Assembly (NCBI RefSeq): GCF_036321535.1
Contig: NC_087436.1
Coordinates: 63,924,001 to 63,988,000 of the forward strand
Direction: 5' to 3'
DNA from: Camelus dromedarius
Lineage: Eukaryota
Length of the DNA stretch: 64,000 bases
Shown: positions 13,001 to 24,121 of the stretch, one piece after another
Layout: each line of letters starts with the position of its first letter
Position numbering within the stretch: the first letter of the stretch is position 1
The notes under the pieces: generated by a model
What the model saw: the letters and a program-made list of their open reading frames with translations, nothing else
Databases searched by the model: none
What the model was told of the DNA's origin: nothing
Position numbers and translations under genes: made by a program

Positions 13001-13380
13001 TGTTAGGGACTGAGTGTTTGTGTCTCCCCAAAATTCATATATTGAAGCCCTAACACTCAGTACGACTGTATTTGGAGCAAGGAAGTAATTAAGGTTAAAT
13101 GAGGTCATAAGGATGGGGCCCTGATCTAATAGGTTTAGTGCCCTTTTAAGAAGAGTCAGTAGAGAGCTCATACATGCTGTATCTCTCTGCCCATGTTCAG
13201 AGGAAAGGATACGTAAGGACAAAGTGGCCATCTACAAGCCAGGAAGAGAGCCTCATGGGAAATTACTCTGCCCTACCTTGATCTGGGACTTCTATCTCCT
13301 AGAACTGTGAGAAAATAAATTCCTATTGTTTAAACCACCCAGTCTGTGGTATTCTGCTATGGATTCCTGAGTCATCTAAC
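13001..13380 (+). mobile_element. MaLR solo LTR (MLT1A/A0-like)
   Basis: 'tgttagggactgagtgtttgtgtctccccaaaattcatatattgaagccctaa...agaactgtgagaaaataaatt...ccacccagtctgtggtatt'. Confidence 0.88.
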
Positions 13381-13699
13381 TCCTAGATTTGAAACCCTAG
13401 ACTCCTTAACTACTACAACACCACAATTTCCCCAATATGCCCCTCTTAAGCAAATGATTGGGGGTGGGGGGGTCTACAGACAAAATGAAACTCATGATAG
13501 CAGAAGCCATCAAATTGCATATATTTTCTCTATTACTGCAAGATGCCAGATTTGAGGGGAAAGTGATGCAAAGATCTATGATCAAAATGTGAGAGTTTGC
13601 CCTCTTTCAACATTGCAGTCAGGAATTAATGCTATTAAGAGTGTGATGTCTATTTTTCTAGACATATTTTAAAGTTGAGAATTAAGTAATGAAGTGGAT

Positions 13700-13975
13700 T
13701 CTAATAGTTTTCTAATTCTTGCATTTATAAGAATCATCATCCTATGTGAAGTATTGTGCTGTATGTCAGAAATTGACACAACATTGTAAACTGATTGTAC
13801 TTTAATAAAAGTATATTTTAAAAAAAGAATCATCAGAGGCGCTATTTTATAATATAGATTGTTGCAATTCACCCTTAGAAATTCTGAGTTAGTAGAACTG
13901 GGCTGTAATCTAGGAATCTGCATTTCAAGCGTGCAAGTAATTCTGATGATGTACTGCAAAATCATATTTGGTCAA
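13700..13975. mobile_element. MER5-type hAT MITE interrupted by an L1 tail
   Basis: MER5-like 'agaatcatca|gagg...agaaattctgagttagtag...ctaggaatctgcatttcaag...aattctgatg'. Confidence 0.6.
13740..13824 (+). mobile_element. Extremely 5'-truncated (85 bp) camelid-type L1 tail
   Basis: 'agaaattgacacaacattgtaaactgattgtactttaataaaa' flanked by perfect TSD aagaatcatca (13729-13739, 13825-13835). Confidence 0.88.
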
Positions 13976-15019
13976 ACATTAATTTGAATAGTCTAGCTAT
14001 TGTTTCTGTTTTTATTAATATTATTACATATTTTAATGTTGTTCAGTTACATGATTTTTCACCCTTTCTCAAAAACATATTTATTTTGTGTAACAGTCTC
14101 TAAACATTTATGTGTCCCTTCAGAAAAACAGAAAATCATATTTTAATTGAGCTGTGAACTTGGATGAAGCCCTATTAGAACTCATAGGAAAAGGTGTTTC
14201 TGTTTTATTTTCCCTTTGATTAGTTTACAGTCACCAATTACTCATTAATTCCTACATTTTATGGTTGAACTAATTTGATTCCATAATCTCAAGACATTCA
14301 TAAAGACAGAGAGATTAGGAAAATAAAAGACAACCAAATGTGCTTTTTTTCTCCTTGGATGAAATTTAAACTAGAACTACTGAAGTTGACTGTAAACTGC
14401 CAGTGATAAAGAAAAGAAAAATCCACTAGAAATTTATTTTATTGATGAAAAATAGACAAATAAGAAACACTCTGCTCCCTTGTACTCACCATTAACACTT
14501 TTAAAGCAATTAAAAAGTAGTCCATTAAAGACTACAGGTGATTTGTAATGTGAGTTGGACACTGCTGTCATTAGGGTCAGTCAAGATAGATTTTCATTCA
14601 ATTATCTAAGCATCTTGCCTCCCCAAGGATACTTGAAGGAGTCATCTGTACCAAACTCCTCAGTGATTTTTAACTGAAGTTCATTAGCTCAATGGCAGAT
14701 TGATGTATTGCACTTAAAATACACTCAAATGTCATCTTTTTAAAACTCTACTAACACAGCCTTACACTATAGAGTTAAATTCAATCATTCAATTTAGCTT
14801 TTGGTTCTTTGGAGAAATTACTTTCCTTTATCAAATTCAGGCTGCAAGGCTGCGAGAAAAGGTGTTAATCACGTCATTTGCTACCATTAACGTAAGCTTT
14901 GTTTTTATCCAATTCTCTGCTCAACTTCCTTCTGCATCAATTTTTTTTTTTAGTGAGAGTCCTCCATTGTATAATTACTTCCTGAGAGTTATTTATATGC
15001 ATTAGGATGTGCATTAAAC

Positions 15020-15450
15020 AGTCAATAAATAAATATTTATTGAATATCTACCACATACCTGAAAGAAGACCTGTACTATTTATTCAAAGAACGTATCATC
15101 TTATTGGCAAAACATGATTTGCATACATGAAATGTTTAAAGGGCCATAAAATAAAATAAAGTGTTAAATTATGCAGTTCAAAGAACTAAGTGACACACAA
15201 GTTCAAAGATAGGAAGGTGGTCAGAAGATTTAAACTGGGCTCTAAAGAATAAGCAAGGTTTTGGAAGAAGAGAAAAATGAAAAATTGAAAGGCTTCAGAA
15301 AGGCTGAGAATGGTATGAACATAGAAGTGGGCAGTGGGGATGCTCAGAAGCAAGGGGTATGGCTGTTGTGAAGCAGAAGGAGCAGCCAGCCTTCTTGGAC
15401 TGGAAGCTTCATGTTGGGAAACAGTAGGAGACAAGATAGACTGACTAAAA
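15020..15450 (-). mobile_element. L2 fragment
   Basis: 'aaatatttattgaatatctac' terminus followed by a purine-rich reverse L2 body. Confidence 0.55.
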
Positions 15451-17904
15451 CAAAGATAACATTTACTAGACTATCCTGCTGTAAAACAAACAGAAGATCA
15501 GAGACTATCTCTGATCTCTAAAAGTTTACATTCTTAGGAAAAGATAACATAATAAGACAAAAATTGCATCCTTGCTTCTTTGAATTATTCACCTACAGAT
15601 TTATTTTTCTGCACTTAAATTTGATTCATTTTCCACCATCACTTGATGTGGATACCAGAGAAGAATTTAAATTCAACTTTGATTGTTCAAGCCTATCTCC
15701 TTTTTTGTTATAGGTTAAGAAGTGATAGATTTAACTCAATATATTAATCACTGACTAGACATTATAATAGACAGATGTTTCTTTGGGTCCAAATTCTGCA
15801 TTGTTTTAAGTATAGAATAATTTCCCATGAGAAATATAAATTGGGAACTATAACAAAGAGGAATTTAATTGAGAATGTCTTAATCCTACCTTAAATGAAT
15901 TTACCAGGCAAAGAGTAAGATATCTTTTTGAGTTTGGATTTAACCATCAATTCCTCCTTACCTAGGACACTGGAAAGTCTCTTCCCTCCAATTTTTTTCA
16001 CTGTCCTCCTTTTGAAAATAAGTCTTGACTTATTGTTCTTTGCTTCTCTGCTCTTCTGTTTTCTTCATTGGTGCTACGGAGCGGATTTGCAGAGGCCCTT
16101 CACTGTGATGCATAGTTTAGTTAATCCAGAAACTGGGGCTTTGTGACCTTCCTAAGAATCCCAATAACCCCCATACCCACTCTCCTTCATACTCTCTCTC
16201 TTTCACACTCTTGCCCTCAATATGTGCAAGTAAGTGTTTGGTGAAAGTTTTGGTTGCCAATTTAAACTATTTATTGTCTTCACTGCTTCAGCTGCTGCTG
16301 GATTTCTGAACTTAATCTGCCGACAACTTCCATGTAACACATGCTCACTGCAGTTTTCATCGCAGTTGCCAGTTGCTGAACTCTTTGTACACATTCGCAA
16401 TTCGTTGTGTTACCCCTTAGTGCTGCTGCTGGCATCTGCCTTAACTGCTGGATTTTCAAGTATAGAGAGGTTCAGCAATTCTCTTCACAAACTCTCAGCC
16501 CAGTGGGAGGTGCTATTATTTTACTTTATTTGGAGGAATTGGCTATTCCCCCAGAAATCAAACAAAACCCCTGTCTTTTATACGTCCTCATTTTCTCACA
16601 TCTGACTAAAGTCAAAAGGTATTCCACCCAGGAGCATTTTCTGTTTATTTTATTTTAAATGCCAGACTTTCCACTCAACGAGGGTGTAAAATCCAACTTT
16701 ACAGAGTTACGAGCTAGCTGGTAGCTAATGTTGCTTGAGCACGAAAGTGTCAAATCATATGCTAATTATTCACGAGATTTATTTCAACTAATTTCTACAA
16801 CAAACATATGAAATACATACTGTTTTCCCCCTTACTCAGATAAGTAAACTAAAGTTTAGAAAGTTGAAGAAATTTCCCCTAGTTAACAAAATCTGACATT
16901 TAAATATAGGTAGGTATAGGTAGTAAAGAAACTAACAGATGGCAATTGCTTTACTTCTACAGTACATCACATCTCAGACCATCAACAACACTCAGAAAAG
17001 AATGATTTTAGAGTGAGAATGTGACCTCCTTGTTCATGACCATTAGTTTTTAAACAGACGGGCAGTGTAATGAGAGCCTAGGACAAGAAGAAAATTGCAC
17101 TTCACATTATGCATATGCATTAATTAGAATAGATACAATCAGAACCAAGTTACCGCTGTGAATAGAACCAAGCCTAGCTCAAATGTAGTAGAAGTTCATT
17201 ACTCATTCATGTAACGGTCCAGGGGAAGAGCAGGTTAGTTCTCCTTGACGCCATTAGTCAGGGACCCAGGCTGACAGGGCTTGATCGTTTATAATGTATG
17301 GTTTCTGGTGTCTCTCTAGACACCTTTGATTATCATTATTCCAGCACCCTCCACCCCCCCCAAAAAAAAGTTGAGAAAGAACCTGATTGGGCATGTCACA
17401 GAGTTTTCATAATCAGCCTCGGAAGTGGAACATGGCACACGTTACTCCTACTCATATAGGAGAACAGTGGAACCATTGGAAGAGCATAATCTCAGGACAG
17501 CACCTAATTAAGTGCAAAGAAACTTGGGAAACACGGCGTAGCTGGCTCGCCATATGTATCCCTCATTACAATGGAAGAAAGGGGGAGAAGGTTCTGAGGG
17601 GCAGACAGCCATCTCCACCACAGTCCACTTACTGACCAACAAAGATTTGTCAGTAGATAAAATAGACTCATTCCCTCCCCAAGGAGACAATTCAAAACCT
17701 TATCCAGTTGCTGCAACCAGTTCCAAGTCCAGTATCTCTGAAATGTGAAGTTTCTCCTCCAGGGCTGGATGTTTTGTTTTGTTTTGTTTTTAGTGGTATA
17801 GAGGCCAATAACAAATGTTATCTGCCATAGCCTCAGTCAATATATGTTGATGGAGCTGGATGACCACAACAAAAATACCTATTAAAAGGAGGAGAACACA
17901 CAGA

Positions 17905-18722
17905 GAAATAGGAATGCTCTTTCATTACCTGTAGGCATGCAAAGTGGTTCAGCCATTTTGGAAGGCAGTTTGTCAGATTCTTACAAAAGTAAATATATTC
18001 TTACTGTATGATCCAGCAACAAAGCTTCTTGATATATACATAAATAAGCTTAAAACTTACATCTACATGAAAACCTACACATGAATAATCCGTAATTGCC
18101 AAACGCTGGAAGCAACCAAGATGTCCCTCAATAGATGAATGGCTAACCAAACTGTGGTACATCCATGCAATAGACTATTACCCAGTGAATTACAAAAGGA
18201 ACTATCAAGCCATGAAAAGACATGGTAAAACCTGAAATGCAGATTGTTAAATGAAAGAAGCCAATCTGAAAAGGCTACATGCTGTATGACTACAACTATA
18301 TCACATTCTGGAAAAGGCAAAACTATAATGACAGCAGTAAAAGTAGTGGTTGCCAGAAGCTAGGGTGGGACAAGGGTGGTGGTGGTGGTAAGGCTAGAGA
18401 ACAAAGGGAGAGATAAATAGGTGGAGTACAGAGAATTTTTAGGGTAGAAATTATTCTATATGATATTATAATGGTGGATATATGTCATTAAACATTTGTC
18501 AAAACCCATAGAATATGTAAAGAGTGAGTCCCAATGTAAACTATGGAATTTGGTTAATAATGTAACAAAATTGACTCATGAGTTGTAAGAACTGTGCTAC
18601 ACTAATGGACAATGTTAACAGTAGGGCGAGTGGTGAGGGAATACATAGGAATTCTGTATTTTCTGCTTTTTCCATAAACCTAAAATTTCTAAAACAGAAA
18701 ACAAAAAATGTCTATTTCTTTT
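17905..18722 (+). mobile_element. Old L1 (L1MC-like) ORF2 end and 3'UTR inserted in the MLT1 internal region
   Basis: 'ggaagcaaccaagatgtccctcaatagatgaatgg...aaactgtggtacatccatgcaat', 'gaaagaagccaatctgaaaaggctaca', 'catttgtcaaaacccatagaa'. Confidence 0.85.
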
Positions 18723-19138
18723 AAAGAGAAGACTGGGGAAAATTCCACAACCATAGTTTGTTGAAACGATGCACTCCCACTGGGCTAGCATTGGGTGAGA
18801 CATTGCCCTGGTGACAGAGAGGATGCTCTTATTAGGTGTGATTCTGCTCCCTGGGAGAAGCTCCCTTTTCTATCATCTGAAGCCTGTGGATTTGCCTTCT
18901 GAGAGGTTCTTTTCTCTCCACCATCTCCATGGCACATCTGTAATCAACTCTGAGTATGTGCCCTCCTTACAGGTCAGAGGATCAAAAGCTTTCTCAGGTG
19001 AGGCTTCTGGTTTCTTTGGCAGTACAATTCCCTCAAAAACTAAATAGGTCTTTGGTCTATTTATTTCTTGTCCCTTCCAAGAAGCAGGGACCACACCCCC
19101 AAAATTTCATCTGTTTTAATTTTCCTGTAAAGTGTGCA

Positions 19139-19140
<2 letters not shown>

Positions 19141-19179
<39 letters not shown>
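19141..19179. repeat. (GT)n microsatellite, about 19 units
   Basis: Pure gt run. Confidence 0.97.
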
Positions 19180-19180
<1 letters not shown>

Positions 19181-20639
19181 ACGTGCATGCATGTGTGAAT
19201 TTAACAACAGCTACCTTGAGGACATCTAAAACTATTGGGTGGGGAGATATCACTCTTCCCCTGATTTTTGCTGCAAAGTTAAGTGCCTTAATTCAACTTA
19301 GACATCTTATTGGGCCTTTGCATTTGAAGCCTTTTTATATCTTATTTCCTGTTTGGGTTTCAGAAGCAGTTAGCTTTTCCAGCTCCGTTAAGGCCCTTAA
19401 TCTGTGAATTCTCTTTCTCCCCTTCAATCTCTATGCACAAACCAGCCAATTCCTGTAATATCTCACTTGAAGCAATGAATAGCAGCCAACACATATAAAT
19501 ATTCCAGCTCTTTCCAACCAGTACACCTAAAACTATACGAGCATGTGGACTACATTCCAAATTATAGTTGGAGATAGTTTTAATAAATGCCAATGTTTTG
19601 CCATGATATCATGTATCTCTCCAACTTTTCAGACTGTGACACCATAGCCCAAACTGGATTGGTTACTAGAGGCAAATTGGTTGAAACAAACACCAAAATT
19701 TCAGCAGTTTTAAAAACATATCTATAATCTTTCTCTCATAAAAGTCAGGATAGGAGTTCCAGGGCAACCCTGGCTTTTCTCCATGCCAACATACAGGGAT
19801 TCGCCTGATGGCGACTCTGCCATCTTCAACACACATGAGTTCCAAGACCTCGCTGGTTATTGTCATGCAGGTTAGGCAGAAGGAGGAAAGAGCATAGCAA
19901 AATGCTCAGGAGGCTAACAGGCCAGGTCTGCAAGTGGGAAGTATCACTTCATCACATTACACTAGGGACATCTCAGTCATGAGGCAATATCTAACTGCAA
20001 AGAAGCTGGGAATGCAGTACAGCTTATCGATCATTTGCTCAACACTCCAATTCGAACGGAAAAAAAAGAATACATTTTCATAGGCAGCAAGATTGCCCAA
20101 ATCACAATAGGCATTAGCCCCAACCTAATTTCATGGAATAGTGACTGACTTAGATTCCACATCACACAGGAGAATCTCGACTCAAGTCTACATCTAGACA
20201 CCCAAAGAGTCAGTTAATCAGAGCAAAAAATCAATTCCTCTTCCACTTCACTTAAAAGCTTACCTTTTAATTTTCTGTGCCAGAATCTTCCTCTATTAAA
20301 GATTGTTGTGAGCAGAAAAGTCAATTCAAGAAAACCTCCATTCCAGGAACAGGCAGAGATGTCAGAGCACAGTAGTGCATATGACTGTCTCCATCTGGGT
20401 TAGTCATGTGTAGAATCAACAGCGGTTTCTGTGTTGCCCTTGCAGCCCTGTACTTTACATGTAGTCCTCCTGCAAGAGGCAAGGGTCAGCCTTGGAGTTC
20501 ATTCTGCAGTCTTCTGTCCAAACAAAGGATGCACATCTTCATGAAGAACAAAAATTTGTTTACTGGCAAAGTGCAGTCCCAATCTAGACAGAGAAATAGT
20601 GTTTCTTTTAAAAGCAGTGATATTCTCAGAAACATACTC

Positions 20640-20830
20640 ATCACTAATACTAAGCCACTTACCAGATATGAGACCGTACTGGAAGAGGTTTACTTGTATT
20701 ACTTTACCTTATGAAATATTATGCCCCCATTTTACTGAGGAAAAAACTGAGGTTAGGAGAGGTTCACTAACTTGCATAAACAAAGGCAAAATCATACATT
20801 AGCAAACAGCCTACTTCGTTTCTCGGTCCA
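20640..20830 (-). mobile_element. MIR SINE
   Basis: 'ccccattttactgaggaaaaaactgaggttaggagaggttcactaacttgc'. Confidence 0.7.
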
Positions 20831-22481
20831 CAACGTTTTCATTTGGGTGAACAATTACCTCAAATTTTTCTCCAAGAACAATGCATAATTCAAAAATGAC
20901 TCCTACTTTACATTTGTGCAATTAAAGGTCCATTCAGGAGGTTTTCCCAGAGTGAAGGAACTTTCAGCTCCAGAGGAGTATTCAAGTCTTTACCCATTAA
21001 AGAAGCTACCTGTAGCTTCTGTATGATAGTTTTTACAGCTTTTACTTTTACAGCTTCAGAACACACAGTTAGAAAACCTTGTAAGTGTACAGTTGCTCAG
21101 AAGCAATCTTAGCCTCAACCCATTAAATATTTGAATCATCTAAAGCCATTTGTTCTAATTCCACACTTACCAAGCAAACTTCTGATTAGGAATTGGCTTC
21201 CCATGTGGTTCTGCAACAGGGAAAGAATGTGCTGATCAAAAGGATTTGAGATTATTTAGGGTTTCTGTGACAATAGCTTCTTATGGCAAATTAATAAGTG
21301 GTTTAGATTATAATATGACTTCCCATGACAATTACCAAGAAAGGAAAGTGCAATGATCATGCAAACTCAGGTGTTCTCACTATGCAATATATAAATTTAT
21401 CACTGAAAATTAATAAGTTGATATTCTGGGACCTAGGAAAGATTGAACATAGAAACCAGAAGGCCTCACTGGCCACTTTGGTGCAAAGACTCTAGGCTAA
21501 TAGTAAAAGATGAAGATAAGAAAAGATCAATGAAAAGACTAGAAATTAAATTTTGCAAAATTTTCAAATTTGATACACATGATGATAAGGAGGAACTATA
21601 GGATTTTATGTACAATGAGAACTTGCTTAAACTAACAAAGTGTATAATTTTACACCACATAAAGATAACCTTTAGAAATTAATCCAGAAGAAATTGATTT
21701 AAAATTTCCTGCATGATGTTATTCAGACTCAGACACTAAAAAGAATAAAGAAATCGAATTCAACTGAAATCACTGCAGGGGGAGAAACTATAAAAGCAAA
21801 GGCTCATATAAGATTCCATGTTTGAGAGCTATGAGAAATGGGTGTGTTTCCAAAAGTGATGTAAAAGTCAAATGGGAAACATGTTTTTGTTTTCTAAAAA
21901 GTTGTGTCTCACTCTTTTCAGATTTTGATGGAATTGATTCTGACAGATGCCTTTTGAACATCTGAATGATTCCAGTGCTATACTAGGTGCTGGATAAAAT
22001 ATGAGAGAAAAAATTAAAATGGGTTCAGTTTATATGAAGCTTTAAATGTTATTGAATAAATAAGACAAATATATATACATAGTTTCAAAACAAGACTGAA
22101 TGAGTGATAGAGATTGCAAGCTCATTAGATATTCAGAAAAGAGAGACAATAAGGCAAACTAGAGCTGGGATAAGAATTCTTGAAGGAAAGAGCACTGGAT
22201 ATCATTACTTCCCAGAAGATTTTAGGCATCATCATCACAAGACACAAAAAGATAGCTAAGTGATGTAGCAGTCACAGAAGAAAGCTTTGGAACAATTATA
22301 GCCTGCTCCTCTCCCCTCCAAAATAAGATATATATATAAAACTCTTCTCAAAATTCTTGTGAGTTGAAAAGTTCTGTGACTAAGAAGTGGAGATAAGAGA
22401 CTGAAGACTTGTTAGATATGCTCCGGTGACCCTTGATGATCAAAAGTTAGAGGATGGTCATACTGGCTTCCAAGTTTGTTA

Positions 22482-22506
22482 ACACACACACACACACACA
22501 CACACA
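22482..22506. repeat. (CA)n microsatellite, about 12 units
   Basis: Pure ca run. Confidence 0.95.
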
Positions 22507-23589
22507 TTTTCAGAAAATCAAATAAAACTCTAGCCACATCTGGAGTTGTATCTCTTTTGCTTACTATCTGCAGCTACACTGGAGATAACTTTCATTTAGA
22601 AGAATGCACTATGAAAACCCCAACCAGATTCAGACACTACTCATTCTAAAGTACCTCTTTTGAATTACTATCTTAATTGTTATATTTGGGAGTGCAGAAA
22701 ATCCTCACCTTACATCAGTTCCATGATCCAAGTTTGATGATCCTTCTGGAATTAATCAGGTTCATAGCATTTGACTAAGACAGATTTATCTAACATATTA
22801 GCACTATTCCACTTTAAGGCTGAAAGTGATAGGTACTCAGAGCAAAATAACAGTGTTTTAGAATTTTACTCCTTTAGTTAATAGAAGTTTTAATATCTTT
22901 AATAACCTACATAGCATGTAACAAATTATAAGGCAATAAATAATAGTAAAAAATTATAAACTAGAGTAATTTACAACATATTTGAAATCACATTAAACTT
23001 CCATTTATTCAATTAAAAAGAAATATTTATATATTTTATCATTAATAGAATTATATTAAGGTAGATAAAAATTTGAATAATATAAACACCTTGAAGTCAT
23101 GTCCTAAAATGCTAATATTCTGACTAGAAATGAAATCAAGGTTAAAACACAAAGCAAAACACAACCTGAATGTTCTTGGAGAAAAATAAAATGCCTTTTG
23201 AAATTTGAATTTGCACACTAAGGCAGGCAATCATACACAATATTGGAAAATCAAAGCTATCAAGCAAGAAAAAAGCTTTCCATTTAGAAATAATACTTCA
23301 GAATGTAATAGACTTTAAAAGAATACTTTCAAGGTTGTTAGGCCATTTTTGTGTCCTCTCTCAAGAATTGTTATATTGTGAGACTCTTTTCCAAAGAAAT
23401 ACAGATATTTTATCCCCAATTCACTCTTCCTCTATAGAAAAACAGAGAGGAAAGAAAAGTAAGGTTGCCCTACAATTTTTTTCCAGAAGCACATCATTAT
23501 ACCTGTTCTCTAATTCTTTATTCCGATAGAAATATCTAGCAAGTAAGTTGATATTCTTTTTAAATCTGAAGGCATTCTTCATGGTCAAT

Positions 23590-24121
23590 TCTTGCAGCAA
23601 AACTGAATTAGTGGATTCCCTACTTCCTGTTGTTCATGGCCTTGTATAACTCCTGCCACGTTGGATAGAACTGATATATGTAACTAATGCAGTATTAAGG
23701 CTAAGACAGTGTGAATTCCAAGACTAGATGAAGAAAGAAAGCAGCTTCTACTTCACACCCTGTTGGATTACTTTCTCTGTGAGAAGTTAGCTGTTACATG
23801 TTGAGGATATACATGGTCCCCCATGAAGAGGTCCATAGGAAGAAAAGTGAAGCACCCTGCCAATAGCCAGTAAGGAACGAAGACCTTCTCCAGACAGCAG
23901 TCATACTGAATGAACCATCCTGAAAGTGGTTCTCTCAGCCCTTGTCAAGCCTTCAGATGAATACCACCTCAGCTGACATCTTGCTTGCAAGAGATGAGAA
24001 AACTCAATTGCCAGAAACACCTAATTAAACTGACCCTCAGAACTCGAGATAATAAATGTTTATAGTTTTAATTAGCTAGTTTAGAGAGTAATTTGTTATA
24101 AAGTAATAGATAACTAATACA
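23590..24121 (+). mobile_element. MaLR solo LTR (MLT1E/F-like)
   Basis: 'gtcaagccttcagatga...cagctgacatcttg' and 'gagataataaatgtt...gtaatttgttataaagtaatagataactaataca'. The 5' boundary is approximate. Confidence 0.8.

Larger units (their letters stand above)
17116..20106 (-). mobile_element. Ancient MLT1 (J/K/L-like) MaLR provirus: LTR (17116-17622), internal region, LTR (19655-20106)
   Basis: Two similar LTRs share 'cagggacccaggctgac'/'cagggattcgcctgatg', 'ggaagtgg'/'gcaagtgg' and 'taa..tgcaaagaa.c.tgggaa'. They are separated by non-LTR sequence with MaLR-type junctions. Confidence 0.6.

Noticed and set aside
18361..18392. G-rich, G-quadruplex-like tract (also 28455-28485)
   Set aside because: It is the ordinary polypurine tract of L1 3'UTRs.
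18956..19407. ORFs with CVCVCV runs
   Set aside because: These are translations of the (GT)n microsatellite.
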